The notes: generated from the sequence alone by a model not told the origin. 64,000 nucleotides of DNA from Raillietiella orientalis (GCA_036172245.1 JAYWIR010000001.1:11222001-11286000); one strand, 5' to 3'; shown: positions 1 to 12,479, counted from the first letter of the stretch. A program made the numbers and translations.

Positions 1-1919
1 TTGTGCGAAAGGCACCACTGGCGTAGAAATAACGCGTGTTTATTCTTGGACACATTCGAGTCAGAACTGTGTCTTCCATCATTCCTGTGTTCAGTGTTGT
101 TTATAGGAGTAGCGAGAAATATAAATGCTGTCTTGAAAAAAAAAAAAAAGGGGGGGGGGGAAGGCAAAAAAAAAAAAAAAAGCAGTAGGGACAACAACAA
201 AAAAAGATATTTCATGGGAAGCCAAATTTTCATGGACTTCGTAAATTTCTCGACATCCGCTCGGATATTTGTGCGCGCGCGCGTCTTTTTGGTAAATTTC
301 GGTAAATGCGTGAAACTCTCTCTCTATCTATCCCTATCTCGTGTATGTGTGTGTGTTCGTTTTTCTGCTTCGTTCACTTACAGACACATCTTTACTAACG
401 AAGGACGCAATGGAAGGCATAAACGATTTGGATGCCATGAACGTTTTCATGCAAAAAAAAAAAAAAAAAAAGGAAAGAAAGAAGCACACTCTGGCGGAAG
501 AAACGAAGTCTTTTGTCTTAAGTTACAGCAATGCAAAGTCCCGATGAGAATATGGCAAAACTATAGCCCCCCCCCCCCCCCACTCGATGACAGTCTGCAG
601 AAATTCTTCTGCGCTGGCGGACGCAATCATCAGCGAAATAGGGGATAACCCAGAATGATAAGGCAAAATTTATTCAGCAAATGAACACGATTGAAATCGT
701 CGAAGAAATGCACACGCTCCGCTCCGGCCACTTTCGATAAAAATTCGTTCATCGTGATAACCAAAGGTTTCAATTTGTATGCTGCATTTCTGGCCATTCA
801 GTCGATGGCATAAAGAGCAGTCTTTTGTTGTTTCCAAGTGCTTACACAAGATTGACAAAGCGATAAAAGGAAAACTGCATCCACCTCACACCGACAGTTC
901 TTACAAGACGGAGAAGAAATTTCAATTAAAAGCTCTCTCATCTGTTTTTCTTTCTTTCCTTTCTTTTCTCTCTTTCTTTCTTTCCTTTTTTCTGCATAAA
1001 AGATGAAAGAGCCGGCGTGCACCAACAGGTCTTCAATAGGAAAACCCTCTGTTGAATCGCCACTTTAAAGCAATTCGGAACCGACAAGTCGAACGTTGAG
1101 GTCCGAACCGGAAAAGTCCGTGAAAATCCGTGAAAACGTCTCGCACTTCAGGCTGTTGGGAAATCCCGGGGTATCCCCCTCCTGGGACACGACGATCCCC
1201 CAGCAGGAGGGATGCTGCTCATCGCGGAAATGAACTGCCGCCTCGGAGACTCCGGCAGACCGACTGGACATTCGCACACGTCTGCACAGCTTCTGATATT
1301 CCTGATTGAACCGCGCACACGTGACGCCGCGGTGCACAACCGTCAACGCCCACACCATGAAGAGCTTCAGCTATAAACGGGAGTTGGGAGCTTTCGGTGA
1401 AGAGATTCGGATCGAGAAGGGCGCATGACCATTTGATGCCAGAAGCATCGTGCGTCTCGTTACGACTGGATCGGACGCTCGGTCGTCAGGTGCGAAACCA
1501 CGAGCTGCTCCGTGCCGCCACCCCACCCCCCTTCTCCAGGGTGGGCCAGCGTGAGCACGCGGCGCTTCCGCTTTTCAGGAAACTGCAAAGGGAGGAACGG
1601 AGGAGTTTCGGTCACACCGGTCAGGGGCCGAGTTCCGCATCCGAAATCCGTCTCTGCGTTACCGGCTGCATGTGCTCAGCATCCCGGCGAAGACGCACGG
1701 GAGCGCGCGCGCGTCTGCGGACCGATGCGGGAGGAGGCGCCCAGGCCACTGCGATGCGGGCGGAAGACGGGAGGATCGAACCGGAGACACCTTCCGGTCC
1801 ATCGGTGCAACCCGGAGGGAAGCAGGGAGAGCTCGAAAGGTGCCAGGGCAAAAAGGCGGCGGATATGATGATGATCAAATGGAACCACTTTGCAGGAGTA
1901 ACCAACCAATCACACTTAA

Positions 1920-1941
1920 GCGCGCGCGCGCGCGCGCGCGC
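1920..1941. repeat. (GC)11 dinucleotide run
   Basis: Uninterrupted gcgcgc... run followed by cacac. Confidence 0.95.
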
Positions 1942-2742
1942 ACACCAACACGCACCGATCTGTGTACGAAAATGAAAAGGCCTGCGCGGGTTCTGAATTC
2001 GACCGAGTTCATTTGGATATTATCTATGGTTCATGCACTTTAAATTGGCACAAATCAGATCCGGACTGTTACAGAAAATCGATGTCCATTATCCAAATGC
2101 TCGCAGCATGACAAATGCCGTCGAGATTCGCAAATAACGCGCATTTCCAACTCCTCCAGAGTGATGGAGGAATTTTCGGACAGATGCAAACTGCTGCAGC
2201 AGAAATCGAACATTCCAGAAATTACCTTTCCTGACGTAATGCGAACAGCCCACCTGACAGCAATATACATACACATATATGAATCTAAACGTGGGTCATG
2301 CGATCAAACAGTCTCCTGTCTTGGGTTATTTATTTAAAAAAAAAAAAAAAAAACATATCCGGGACAGTCGCACTTTTAATCCTTGGCTGAATTTCTTCTC
2401 TCTTTTTTTCTTGCCCCTCCCCCCGCCATCGACGCGAAGATTTCCTGGTAAGCGTCGTACATCTGACAAACAGCGCACACATAAAAAAAAAAAAAAAAAA
2501 ATTACATAATTTCTTTAATAAGCAATGGAGATGTTTTTCTCCCGCATCCAAATCATGTCCCTATTTCGGAGGATTCCTTTTTCGAATTAGTCCAGTAGGA
2601 TGTCCATTCATTTTACGATCATTTTATCGACCAGCTGGATCGCTTTTGCTGCAAACCACGAACTTAATGCACGGACTTTCACACGGATGTCTGGAAGAGT
2701 CCTCTATCTCGCAAGAACACGCCATAACTATGCTTTTCCTTA

Positions 2743-2743
<1 letters not shown>

Positions 2744-2796
<53 letters not shown>

Positions 2797-2803
2797 ACAC
2801 ACA
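2744..2803. repeat. (CA)n microsatellite
   Basis: About 30 units with one TA interruption. Confidence 0.95.
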
Positions 2804-3005
2804 AAACAAACAAACGGAACCAGAAAATGCTAATGGAAATTGATTCCATTCTGCGAGATTTCGTTTTTTCCTTCGCTGCGTTGGGTTAGTGAATTACAGT
2901 CCTCGAAAATCTCATTACTGCTAGTTGTCGACTCTCTTGTTTCCCATGCTTATAAGGTCGGTTCTTCTGAATATTAATTACAGGTGTTCTACTATCGGGA
3001 AAGGA

Positions 3006-3041
<36 letters not shown>

Positions 3042-3063
3042 AACACACACACACACACACACA
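3006..3063. repeat. Compound microsatellite (AG)n-poly(G)-(AC)n
   Basis: Directly visible. Confidence 0.95.
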
Positions 3064-6000
3064 TGCGCACACACGTTTTTGTGTCTTGTAGGAACGTGAA
3101 ATCGCAGCCAAAGGCACCGTGCTTCGTTGATTATCTTGTCAAAGGGGGACGAACCAGAATTCCTGTTTTCCACCGTAGACCGACGACAGGCAGGCAGAGA
3201 AAGAGAGAGAGGCCGTCGAAAAAAAGGCACGGCTCGTATTTACGCAAAAGCGGCCGGCCATCATCCGTTTGAGCTTTGTGCGTCTCGGGAGTCGCGCACT
3301 CTTGCTTTCCAAGGGGCAAAGATCAAAAAGGAAACCTTCCTTTCTGGAAAGCGTTACGTGGCGCCGCCGCCGCCGCCTCACACACGCCCGCCAGCACCAC
3401 CGCCACGCGCGCGCCACAGCGTCCGCCTGAGCTGTGCAGGGCCCACGCAGGAAAGACGCCCCCAAATAAATAACCGATGCTCCCCTTTCGGAGAGGGAAA
3501 AGGAGTTTCAATTGCTTGGTTACCACTCCTCGGGGATCCGACTTGTCCGAAGCGATCCTTCGACGTCACCGTTACACTCTTGCAGGCGTCTGTCATCCAA
3601 ATTGCGAAACCCATTTTTTGGTATCGTGTGTTGCCCAAAACACAAATGTTTCGCGATAAGATAACAAAGAAAGATCGAGGCTTGTTTTTAAAATGATCTC
3701 CCAACATCGGTGGTATTAACTAGATCAGTAATTACCATCTCGGAAAAGTGCTTTTCCACTAACAAACATCTATAAACCAACGCCACACAATAGAGCGTAG
3801 AAAATGAACCGATCGCCTCGGGCGAGTTCATTTTCTCGTAGGAACCTTTCCGCGAATCTTTTATTTTCGTGTTGACGTTCACCTGCGTCCATCCGGAGTA
3901 CATCTGCAAACTAAATCAATTTCCATCATTTCTAATTCCAGTAAAAATTACCATCATTTTTATTGTTTTTCTCGCCGGAAAGCTTCAAGGCGATTGGACG
4001 GAGCGGACAGACGGTCTCGCACGCCCGGAGGCGGGTTGACATTTATGACGTTGTACTTATTGTCTACCTCATCTCAACGTGGAGTACTTGAAATCTACTT
4101 TCCATTACACGCTGCGAAAAGGGCGACAATAAATCGCTTCGAGCGCGGCAGTCGTCATGGCAACGAGCGCGTATCTTCAACCGTTCGTTTGTTGGCACAA
4201 CGAGAGGAGGGGCCGCGCGTCTTGTGAGACAGGAGACTTCTCGGTCCATGCGCGCGCGCCACTCTCTACTGGAGCCGTCCCCGACAGCCATGTGGTGTTG
4301 ACGCGGAAAGCGAAAGCACGGCCCCGGTCTCCCTCCGAGCATGGAGCTTCATCTCTTCGGCCTGCTTTCGATCGGGAAAAAAAACCATCGGCGGGTCAAT
4401 CTGAGATTCGCCCACGCGCCTTCTTCCGCTCGGAGGTCGAGTGCCGGGCACGAGGGCAAGACGGTGTATGCTGCCGCCGCCACCGACGAAGCGTCGGGCG
4501 CATCCCGCCTCGCCTCCCAAGGAGGCGAAAGGCTTCGGGATGAATGAGTCACAAGGGCCGGTTTCACCCTTCCCTTCCAGAGGGGAAACCGGGATGCCGG
4601 ACCGCGACGTGGGCACGCACGAAAATCCCGGAGTCCCGCAGCCGCTGCCCGTTCCGAACGCGCCGTACGCGGGGCGAGTCCTTCGCCCCGCCGACCGTGT
4701 CCGCCGCCCTTCTTCCTCGGACGAACGGGAGCGCATGAAAGTCACCAAGGAAGCAGAACAGCCGAGATACCCGAGAGACGCATCTTTTTGTGCGCCGGCG
4801 GTGGCGCCTGCGCTGCTGGCATTGTAGCACATTCTTTCCGCAAAGAAAAGGAAAAAAAAAAAAAGGAAAAGAAGAGAGGCAGAGAGAGGGAGGAGGATGA
4901 AGAACAATGGAGACGAATCAGATGGATGAGCCGCTTCACGGGTGAACACGCCCGTTAGACGGGCGCCATCGACCGGCGGAAAAGGCGCACCTCCCCGGTC
5001 CTCCTCCCGTAAGGAGTCCAAAAAGAGGGGGCGCTCCCCGGCACGAAGAGATTAGCACCGGCCGCGATGGGCAGCAACGATGGCAAGGGAAAAGGGGGGA
5101 GGGGGGGAAGAGGGGGGGAACTGACTCCTTCCGCGTCGTCGCCGAAATGAAAAAACACACAAATGCAACGGTTGCCGCGAGATGGACGGGATTAGGTCTT
5201 TCGCCAGAGAGAGGGAAGAGGAACGCACCCTTGCAGAGGAGTCGGCCCATGATGACAGCGCGTTCCGTACGGAGGCGACAGAAAACGCATAGTTCCGGGC
5301 CGAAAAGGCCGAACTTCGCTCCCCCCTCCCCCCCTCTTCCAGAGCTGTTGCCGTCCCTCGCCGGGTGGTGGCCACGGGCAGCAGCGGCGGACCCGGACGG
5401 GCCGCTGCCGCCGCCGCCGCCGCCATCACCCGTCGCGAACGGAAGCCTTTCGGTCGGCGTTTTCCTCTTTTTTTTTTTTCGAACGCAGAAAGCAAGCGCC
5501 GACCGCGGATGCTCCTCGTTCCCGACCCCAAGGACTTCCCTTGCTCGTTCAACCCGAGGCGAACGTCCAAAGGGTCGTTCGCGAGGGAGAGAATGGGAAG
5601 ACGACGGCGGGAACAGCAGCGTCTTCGGAGGACCGAAGGCCGCACACACTAAAACGCCGCCTTCCTGCCTTTCACCCGCCCTGGGCGAAACGGAGCGGCG
5701 CCTCCGCCCCTCATCTCTGCTCTTCACCTCTGGTTCCGCAAGGTCCCCACGTCAGGACGGCGCATGGATGAACTCGATAACCAGCGGGCGCCGCCTGAGT
5801 ATGACCTCTGAGACGGCAAGGGAGGGCGTGGCCGTTACTGCTCGTTGGAAAAAGCACGGGGGAAAGAAACCCTGAGACGGATGGGCGACCCCCGACGCCC
5901 GCATCGGTATCCTGCAGAGTCCGACGATCCGCCAGGCGAGAAGGGCGAACCCACCATCGGAGCTGCGCTGCTCGCCGCAGGGTCGGCAAGGAGCTCGCGG

Positions 6001-9000
6001 CGGTGCCCTTTGCCACCCTTCCCCCTCCCCTTTCCCACCGACTCTCGAGACCCGGAAGAGCGAAATGCTCCCGTTTCCGCGTCGTGGGCAGGCTTTGTCG
6101 TTCCTGCACCCCGATCCCCCCCGTTTTCACTTTCACTCGGTGGACAGGTAACCCTGTCCGCCCTCTCCTTCCCTACCGTTGCCCCATCTTTCGAAGGGCG
6201 GCTGAAAGCGCGCCCGGAAGGACAGGGGCAAGGGCGGACGGTAGCGGCTCCTTGCGGAAAGGAAGTTCGGGAAGAGGAGCACGCAAGGCTGCGGGGAAGA
6301 CCTTGGAGCTTGGTGTTCTTCCCCACGCCTCCCTCGTCCTCGGCGCGTGCGCCGCCACTGCTGCCGCGGCACCGGGACGGAGGCTTCCCGCACTTGAGGA
6401 AGGCAGCGGGGATGTTAGGAGGGCAGCGGGACATGTCCTCTATCCCGGGAGCAGGGAAGCCGCCTCGACCGCGAGCTGCGGAAAAAACACCCTCCACGGA
6501 CAGACCGCGTCGAAGGGCCTTCGACCCCGCGGGAACGAACGCCGCGTGCGGGCCTCCCTCCCACCGGAGAAAGAAAAAAAGGGTGGAAGGTGGCGCGACT
6601 TCACGTCCACTGGTCGTGGCCGGTCGCAATCGTGGCGGGACAGGGAGCTGCTGCGCCCTCTGCGCATCAGCAGGGAAGGCTCGGGTACGCCCGCAAGTGT
6701 CCACCGCCGCGGAAGTGCTCTGCATCATCGACCGTCCCGGAAACGTCCGTCCCGAAAGCGACGCGCCGCCTCAGAAGGGGAAGCGCGCGCTCTCACCACG
6801 GCCTAGCCCCGCCGGGCGCGGGGCTAGGCCGCGAGACCGGGTGGGTTCTCGGGCGGACCAACCCACAGCCGAAGGACCAGCACTTTGCGGGTGAGCCGGG
6901 GGGCGAACTCCGCAGCAGACGATCCATCGATCGCGCTTGACACGCCACCGACGAGACGGTTTGTCCGCCTGCCACGTGCGTGAGCGCGCGAGGAGGCGTT
7001 CTGGCAGGCCCGGATATCCCATCTGCACTCTCCGTAAACGAAAGGACGGTCCGTCTCTCCCGCGCGCACCCGCAATGGATTTCCCGCGCAACCGCTCCAC
7101 CCCTTTTCCTTCTTCAGCACGGTAGCTGCTGCGGTCGGAGCTGTGCATAAATGAATGCGAAATGACATTGAAAAAAATCAACGCAGCTGCTTCGAATCAG
7201 TACCGAAAAAAAGAAAGAAAAAAAGAATGAGGAGGAGGAAAAGTGAAACATGCCTTTTGAAGATGAAATCAGATTAGCCATTTGCTTCATCAACAGACCT
7301 CGTCGCTTCCAACGGTGCCCTTCGCTTCCCCACCCGGCGACGCACGCACGCACGCACGCACGCACTCCCCCTTGCTTAAGTACGTAACGACGAACGAATT
7401 CCTCGGACAAGGAACAGGAAAAAAAAAAAAAGGAGAAGCAGAAGAAACGCACAGATTCCGCAAGGCTGGCTTAATAAATCACTCGGAAAACAATGCAGAA
7501 CAGAAGAGGATGCGGCCGTTCCGAATTCAAGCACGTCGAACTCCTCCAGCGCGGAGTTCCTCCCCGTCCGCGCCCCACGCAAGACACGGGAAAGGAGCGA
7601 ACGCCTCGCCGTCGCATGGCAACGTCGCGGAATCGCATCTGCGCTTGGTTGGGCCTCACCCCCACAATAATTAAAAGGCATCGCAGCCTCCTGCTCCTCC
7701 CCCTCTCTCCGAAAGGGAAGGCTCCCATGGAAACCTCGCGCACAAATAGATCAAAAGACACATCACTGCCGAAGACGGGAAAAAATGCCGATAAAGAAGG
7801 AAGGAAGGAAGGAAGGAGGAGGGGGGGGGAGGAGGCAACGAGCAAAACGCCAGGTCGAAAATTCTCTCTGCATTGGCTGCGCAAGCGCGCGCGCAGCCCA
7901 CCAAACACGCAAAAACAAACACCAATAAAAAACACACAAAAGCATTCTTCGATCGTACTGTTATTCCTTCCCGTCATTCGGGATGGAAATCTTTTCCCCT
8001 TTTGTTTTGTTTTGTTTTTTTAATCTTCGTTTTTTTTTTGTGTGTTTCCCCCCCCCCCCCCCCCCTTTCAAGATGAAGATACGAACGAAAATTACGACGG
8101 ACAACCGCCTCTATATTCACGACGTGTTCGGGCTGCGAACCTGGCTTCGGGATGTTCTCCTTCTGGCTGCTTCGACCACAAATCCGGGAAAGAAAAACTT
8201 TTTCCCTGCTCTTCATTTCGCTCGAAGACGATTTCCCCCGATTCGGACCGAACGTTCTGGAAATGTCGAATCCTTGTCGTCTTTTCGAAAACTCCCTGTC
8301 GCTTTTCGCTCCTCCGCCTGCCCGCCTCGGGAAACCTTAACGAATCCCACCAAATTGACAAGTTCGAAACGAATCCCAACGCGAACGGCGATCCCCTCAA
8401 CCCCCCCCCCCCCCTTTCGATCCAGAGAATTGAATTTCGAAACTGTAATTCCAGACTTCCTCCCACAGTTTCAAGAACCGCCTCGCTGCCGAGGCTGCTG
8501 CTACACTTTCCATTTCATCGGCCCATGAGCTCCGGAAATTCTTCGGCGCGAGAGATGCTGCGGCTAGAAGAAGAGGAAGAAGAAGGTTTCGGGAGGGAGG
8601 AGCCCTTCGGCCTGGAGAAAGCTTCGCAGCTGAAACACCACCGCGCCGGGGTGTGCGCCCGCGTCGAAGTCACGCGCGCCGGCGCGTTGACGGCGCTTCC
8701 GAAAAGAGAGAGAGAGGAAAAAGAGAGAGGAAAAAAAGGAACGCACACGAGACCACGGAGCGCGGGCGGGCGAAGACCGAAACGACGCGGCCGAGGCGCT
8801 GCGGGCGAAAATCCGGAGCATCTCTTTGGAGAAACTCTTTGGCGCTGCTGCTGGCACCCCCCGCTTCTGGGGTCTCGGAAACTCCCCTGCGCCGCCGTCA
8901 TGCCAACGCTTCACGAGCACGAAACCCATACCACCACCACCGTACGCTCTTTTCCACAATGCTCGGAACCAACGTGCTGCCTTCCCCTCCCCTCCCCCCC

Positions 9001-10826
9001 CCCCCACTTTTTTTGTTTTTTTTTGTTTTGTTTTTTGTTTTTAAGAAAAAAGGAGGAAAAAAAGAGAGAGAGAGAATTCCGCGAACCGTCTTCGTGCATA
9101 CTTTCCCAAGGAAAAAGTCAAATCCGGGAGGCGTCCTTTTTTCGTCCATTTTCATGAACTGTGCATTCTTACGTCACCACCCAATGAAACAATGCGTTGC
9201 ATGCTGGGTAGGAGGACCGAGCGAACAAAACGTCGTTTTCTCGCTCCGACCGGTTGTGTTCGATGCGGTGACCACAGAAGGAAAAAAAATGCTTTTTTTT
9301 TCTTAAAAAAAAGGATGGGGAGGAAGGAGGAGGAGGAGGAAAAAACGGAAAGAGAGAGCGGGAAAAAAGAGGGAAAAAAAATCAGGGGGGGGGGGGGGGA
9401 ACAAAAAAGGACCTCGTTAATGTTGCTGCTAACGCTGTGCGAAGATCTTTGTTCACCACAACATAAAGCACTGCATAATTCCGCTTAACAAGAATAAAAC
9501 GCATCCAAAGGCTAATTAATTGAAAGAACAAACGCAACGCTGCTGAGCTCCCCCCCCCCCGTTCGTCGACGGCGACCGTCGACGAACCGAGTGGCAGTTC
9601 CTTCCGCAGGATACAGGGGGATATTCGGGGAAGGAAGAGGAACCGGTCGCGCGGCTTTCTGGTGGGACATCCAAACCGCTGCCGTGGCTGCTGCTGCTGC
9701 GCCGGCGTGTCCCGACACAACACGACCACTCGGGATCAGCGAAATGGGGAAGGCAGGCATTCCTCCGACTTACTGATTCCATGATAATCGCATCGGGTTC
9801 GCTCGTTTTTCATCCGCGAGAGACCGAAGGGTTGAAAAATTCAAAGTGAGAGAAGAAGAAGAAGAAGAAGAAAAAAAACACAAGAAAAAAAAAAACGCAA
9901 AGCAGCAAAAAAGGAAAAGAAAAAAAGAAAGAAAGAATCGAACCAGATGCTCCTCCGGATTGGCGAGCTGCACGATCAGAAATTACCAGGGCAACCATCG
10001 CGATGAATCTGCGCGCGATGTGTCACCGGTGAGTCCGATTTACTGTTGCAGGCATTTTTCTAATGGGAAAAAAGGGGGGGGAAAGCGGTCACATTTTTGT
10101 GAATCGATGCATATCAGGACGGATGCTGGAAAAAATGTGAGAAAGCAGGGATTTTTGCTTTCCGCCGCGGCTTGGCTCGGGCTGTATCTCCCCTCACGCG
10201 GAGGCTGCTCTCTCGCACGCACCATCTTCCAGGAGTCGCCCTCCATTGTTGTTGTTGTTTTCTTTGTTTTCTTTTGATGAAGAGGCAAAAAAAAAAGATG
10301 GGAAGGAAGAAGAAGAAGAAAAGAAAGAAATCGCTGGCCCCACGGTCATGAGTCCATCTGATTGATGAAGGTGCAGCCGGTGTTGCGCGCGAACACTTAT
10401 GCAGAGCGGGCGTTTGCTCACGCGGATGTGCAGCAAGTTCAAGGACGCCGGCAGAAAACAGCGGTGGCGCCCGACGTTCCTCCCCAAGGATCACTAGCAA
10501 AATCACGAGGAAGACCCTGCGCCTCCTTTCCTCGGCACGGACGGCATCCCTTCTTTCAGCACCAAGGGAAAGTCCCAAGAGAGGAGGCTGGAGACGCGCC
10601 GGCTGTCCACCCGGTGCCAACCGAACGGAGCCAAAGAGACGGAAGCCGCAAACCGGACAGCTAGAACGCAGCCTCCCCCCTCCTCCCCCTGGAGACAGGG
10701 AAGTGCCGGGGACGGCGGTCGGAAGGCCGCCGGCGCGCGCGTGACGATGGGCGGAGGGGGGGGGGGAAGAACGGGGCCGGGAAGGAGGGGTGCCCCATCG
10801 AGCCGCGGAGGAGGAGCGCCGCCTAC

Positions 10827-11276
10827 CTGCGCGACCTCTCTGCGGGTGGCCGCTGCTGTCCTCCCAGCCGTACATCCCCAGCAGCTCCTTCATGGCGGAC
10901 TGGGCCAGGTCGTCCATGCAGCTGCCGGAGGCACCGTCGTCCGCCGCGCTGGCGCCCTGCAGGGGGCGGGCGGGAGCCGGCAGGAGGACGAGGGAGGGAG
11001 ATTCGCCGTGCTCGGGGATGCGAGGGGCCGTCTGGACGCACCTCGGCCTGGGCCTCACGCTCAAGTCTATGGGGTGGCTCTGGGGGTGGTCTTCCTCGTC
11101 CCCTGGGGACGCAGCACCCACCTTGGGGCGCGCGGCCGCGGGGAGAGCCCGGGAGCACGCCCCCAGGATGTTCCTCGGGTTGAAGTCCTTCCGCTTGTTG
11201 CGCCTGCCGGCGAGCCCCGGGAACGCGGGCCGCGGCGAGGCCCCCTTCAAGGGGAGGCGCATCACGCGAGGCGGTT
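10827..11276 (-). CDS. cas: Coding exon 2 of a castor/CASZ1-family zinc-finger transcription factor (N-terminal region)
   Basis: 450-nt exon with a strong acceptor (minus strand gctctgcttctctttcccggttcAG) and donor CAG|GTAGGC, phase 1 at both ends. Translates ...PPRVMRLPLKGASPRPAFPGLAGRRNKRKDFNPRNI...HPIDLSV...MDDLAQSAMKELLGMYGWEDSSGHPQRGRA. The order NKRKxFxPR / PxDLS / A..MxELLGxYG matches my recollection of insect Castor N-termini and the vertebrate CASZ1 YAASTMTEFLGMFGY segment. No zinc fingers are in the window. Confidence 0.8.
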
Positions 11277-12100
11277 CTGAACCGGGAAAGAGAAGCAGAG
11301 CGGCATCGATGAGAGCTCGTCGCTGGGTAACGGGGCCGGCGGACAACCAGCGCCCAGAGACCCACCCCTCCCATGCCCCCTTCTCCCAAGGCCACGCCCT
11401 CCCATCCTTCCGCGGAAGGAGCCGATCTCCCCGCGCGCGCGCCCCCTCCGTCCAGCGGCTCCCTGACACGAGAGCCCCCGGAAGGCAGTGAGCCCGGCCC
11501 CTCCCGAGAGGGAGTGACGGAAGCCTTGCTGTCCACGGGGTCGCCCGCAGCTCACCCCGGGAAGCGAGGGGGCAGCTGCCCGGACTCCCTCCCTCTGCAC
11601 GCGGCAGCGCCCTCAGCACGGGCGGGAAGCGGGCCGAACGCCATGCCAAAGCTGTAATCCGCCACAGGGGCAACAGTGACCTGAACGCGGCCCGCGATGC
11701 CCCCGGCCTGCCGCCCGCCTTGCCTGCAGCACTGGCGCGCCGGCTGGCAGGCGTCGCTGGGCTCGCCCTTTCCGCCGCAAAAGTCGGCAGCCGCCGCGCT
11801 CCGAACGGGATAGTGGAAGGGGTGGGGAAGGAGCCGCAGAGCAGGTCGCCTACCGAGAAGGGAATCGCGGACGATGGAGCAGAGGAAGGGTCGCCTCCAA
11901 GTGCCTGCCCACCCGTCGTTCCCGGGCGTACCTGCTGCTTCCCGGCGCCCCCACCCACTCCTGCCCTCCGAAGGATGCGGGAGAAGTGGGTGGAGAAGAG
12001 GGTCCCTCCTCCCCCGCCCCCACGGGAAGGTGCAGCGCCGAACCGAGGAGAAAGAGGAGAAGGGGGAGAGGGTGGCGGCAGCGCAAGGGGCCGGACTTAC

Positions 12101-12179
12101 CGAACGGCGGTCGCCTGCCGGCGTCTCGGGCGCCCGTCCTGGCCCGCCCGCTCGCGTCGCCCGGGCCGGGCCACAGCAT
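12101..12179 (-). CDS. cas: Probable first coding exon of the castor-like gene
   Basis: ATG at 12179, MLWPGPGDASGRARTGARDAGRRPPF, then consensus donor TCG|GTAAGT (intron 12100-11277, 824 nt). It is phase 1 and joins in frame to exon 11276-10827 (G+AA=Glu). No homology support for the peptide itself; it could be a 5'UTR exon with translation starting at ATG 11262. Confidence 0.6.
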
Positions 12180-12389
12180 AGGGGGGGAAGGGCGGCGGCG
12201 GCGCGCTTCACCTCAGGGATGACCGGGTTCCGCAGGCCGAGGCGGCGGCGATCGGAAGAAGCGGCGGCGCTCCCGCGGGAGCCGCACCGCGCGACCCGCC
12301 GCGCGGCCGATCCAGGCACCTCCGCTTGCCATCGGCACGCAAACCGTGTGATCGCGAAGCGCTGCCCGCGCGCGGTGTCGCTGCGGCAA

Positions 12390-12479
12390 CCGCCGCCGCC
12401 GCCGCGCGGTGAACAGATGGCAGCATCGCCGCCGCCGCCGCTGCGCGGTGAATGAGATGGCAGCACTGCCGCCGCGGTG
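12390..12479. repeat. 40-bp-period tandem repeat (~2.3 units) just upstream of the castor-like start
   Basis: (GCC)n-GCGCGGTGAA-x-AGATGGCAGCA units, with AGATGG at 12415 and 12455 and a partial third unit. Confidence 0.85.

Noticed and set aside
8396..8563. Candidate next castor exon (minus-strand acceptor ttcttcttcctcttcttctAG)
   Set aside because: The acceptor-like tract is a GAA simple repeat; no good donor before the stop and no Castor similarity.
10114..11958. 614-aa minus-strand ORF as a single CDS
   Set aside because: Only 11276-10827 is bounded by splice sites and carries conserved motifs; the flanks are R/P/G/A-rich read-through of GC-rich intron.
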